Both the position numbers and the translations under genes were made by a program. The notes under the pieces are model-generated. The model ran no database searches and was not told the origin of the DNA. It saw only the letters and a program-made list of their open reading frames with translations. Below are positions 26,186-27,282 of a stretch of DNA of 27,282 nt, piece after piece. Within the stretch, counting starts at the first letter, position 1; the number at the start of each line of letters is the position of its first letter. Where the stretch lies: positions 1 to 27,282 of the forward strand of contig CAKPOC010000005.1 of NCBI GenBank assembly GCA_934169535.1. Reading direction: 5' to 3'. The DNA is from an uncultured Clostridia bacterium (GTDB lineage: Bacteria > Bacillota > Clostridia > TANB77 > CAG-508).

Positions 26186-26746
26186 ATGAAAAATAATTTG
26201 AAAAAAATATTAATAATTATTTTAATATTAATTTTATTGGGAGGGTTATTAATTTTTATATTAAATAAAAATAATAAATCAAAAAATAATTATGAAGAAT
26301 ATGAACCAGAAGAAGTAATTTCAGAAAAGCTAGAAAGACAGACAATAGTAACTTTATATTATATAAATAAAAATTCAAGAAGATTAGAACCAGAAGCAAG
26401 ATTAGTGGATGTAAAAAATTTAGTTGAAAATCCATATGGAGAATTAATTAATTTATTGATTGGAGAATCAAAAAATGAAAATTTGGAGAGTGTAATTCCA
26501 AAAGATACAAAATTATTAAATGCTGAAATGAAAGAAAATGTTTTAATAATAAATTTTTCGGAAGAATTTGTTAATAATCATATAGGGGGAAAAGAAGAAG
26601 AAGAAAAAACAATAGAAGGAATTGTAAATACATTAACGGAATTAACAGAAGTTAATGAAATAAAAATATTAATAAATGGAGAAGAAAATAAAGCTTTTAA
26701 AGATAATCAAATAAACTTTGAAAATAATTTCTTAAGAAATGACTAA
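26186..26746 (+). CDS. GerM-domain membrane-anchored protein
   Basis: 186 aa. N-terminal TM anchor ILIIILILILLGGLLIFIL, followed by a single GerM-like domain (IVTLYYINKNSRRLEPEARLVD...ENPYGELINLLI...IPKDTKLLNAEMKENVLIINFSEEF...EGIVNTLTELTEVNEIKILING). AGAGGAG lies 7 nt upstream. Confidence 0.7.
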   Translation: MKNNLKKILIIILILILLGGLLIFILNKNNKSKNNYEEYEPEEVISEKLERQTIVTLYYINKNSRRLEPEARLVDVKNLVENPYGELINLLIGESKNENLESVIPKDTKLLNAEMKENVLIINFSEEFVNNHIGGKEEEEKTIEGIVNTLTELTEVNEIKILINGEENKAFKDNQINFENNFLRND

Positions 26747-26796
26747 AATAATAAATAAAAAAATAATAAAATAATAAATAAATAAAAAATAAATAA
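26744..26796. repeat. 53-nt A/T-only tract related to the 16387-16651 tract
   Basis: Contains only A and T, from the GerM stop codon to the weak RBS AAGG. It shares ataataaataaataaaaaataa (22 nt) and aataaataaaaaataaataa with the long tract upstream of the first VirB4-like gene. Confidence 0.8.
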
Positions 26797-26805
26797 GGTA
26801 AAAAA

Positions 26806-27282
26806 ATGAAAAAGCAAAAAGAAGATAAAAACAATTTCTTTTCAGGAACAATTTATGAAAAAGATGAAATAAGTCCATCATATATAAACATGGAAAATCC
26901 TAAATATTTAGAAATAGATGATTTATATTATTCAGGATTAATAGTTGTAAATTATTATAGAGAGCAAAATGATATATTACTAAAAACATTAATAGAAACA
27001 AACATAAATATGAATATTTCAATTTTCTACGAAAAGCAAGACTCATATAAAACAATAAAAGATTTAACTTACCACATAGGAAATGTAGGAGTAGAATTAA
27101 AAGAAAGCAACCAAAATAGAGAAGATATTGATATAGCTGCGTTTACATATAATGACGCAAAATATATAAGAAAAGAAATTCAAGTAAATAATCAAGATAT
27201 TTATTTTTTATATATTTATATTACAGTTTATGCAGATAATAAAAAAGATTTAGAGTATTATTTAAATAAAATAGAAGGAATA
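26806..27282 (+). CDS. Second VirB4/TraE-like ATPase gene, N-terminal 159 codons only (runs off the window)
   Basis: ATG at 26806, open to the window end. MKKQKEDKNNFFSGTIYEKDEISPSYINMENPKYLEIDDLYYSGLIVVNYYREQNDILLK... aligns colinearly with residues from about 11 onward of the 16664-18403 product. Hand alignment gives 75 identities in 128 positions. Confidence 0.8.
   Translation, partial: MKKQKEDKNNFFSGTIYEKDEISPSYINMENPKYLEIDDLYYSGLIVVNYYREQNDILLKTLIETNINMNISIFYEKQDSYKTIKDLTYHIGNVGVELKESNQNREDIDIAAFTYNDAKYIRKEIQVNNQDIYFLYIYITVYADNKKDLEYYLNKIEGI

Overview
This window is the chromosomal replication-origin region of a very AT-rich, low-GC Gram-positive bacterium. A Clostridia/Tissierellia-like origin is inferred from gene order and protein sequences only.

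**Left arm (all minus strand):** partial tRNA-Ser(UGA), DUF4446 gene, parB, parA, rsmG, mnmG, mnmE, jag, yidC, yidD, rnpA, and rpmH (absent from the ORF track).

**Origin:** a bipartite oriC flanks dnaA.
- Four DnaA boxes lie upstream at 9367-9411.
- About ten boxes lie downstream at 10905-11071. They are followed by a (CTA)x6 DnaA-trio-like repeat and an AT-rich unwinding element directly before dnaN.

**Right arm (plus strand):** dnaA, dnaN (interrupted by a +1 frameshift as sequenced), recF, gyrB, a ~3.9 kb island, then gyrA.

**Downstream of gyrA:** a minus-strand 1433-aa double-activase fusion protein, a GerM-domain protein, and the 5' part of a second VirB4-like gene cut by the window end.

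**Main point of interest:** the extra-AT-rich island at 15315-19210 splits the normally adjacent gyrB-gyrA pair. It contains:
- a divergent consensus promoter pair;
- a candidate ~430-nt structured minus-strand RNA;
- a 176-aa protein resembling a VirB4 N-terminal domain;
- a 265-nt stretch made only of A and T, with an 85/99-nt tandem repeat structure;
- a VirB4/TraE-like ATPase gene whose only well-placed start codon is ATA;
- a 235-aa helical orphan protein.

No relaxase, coupling protein, channel protein or integrase is present in the island. A diverged paralogue of the A/T tract plus VirB4-like gene recurs at 26744-27282. No CRISPR array, rRNA or recognisable IS/transposase was seen.
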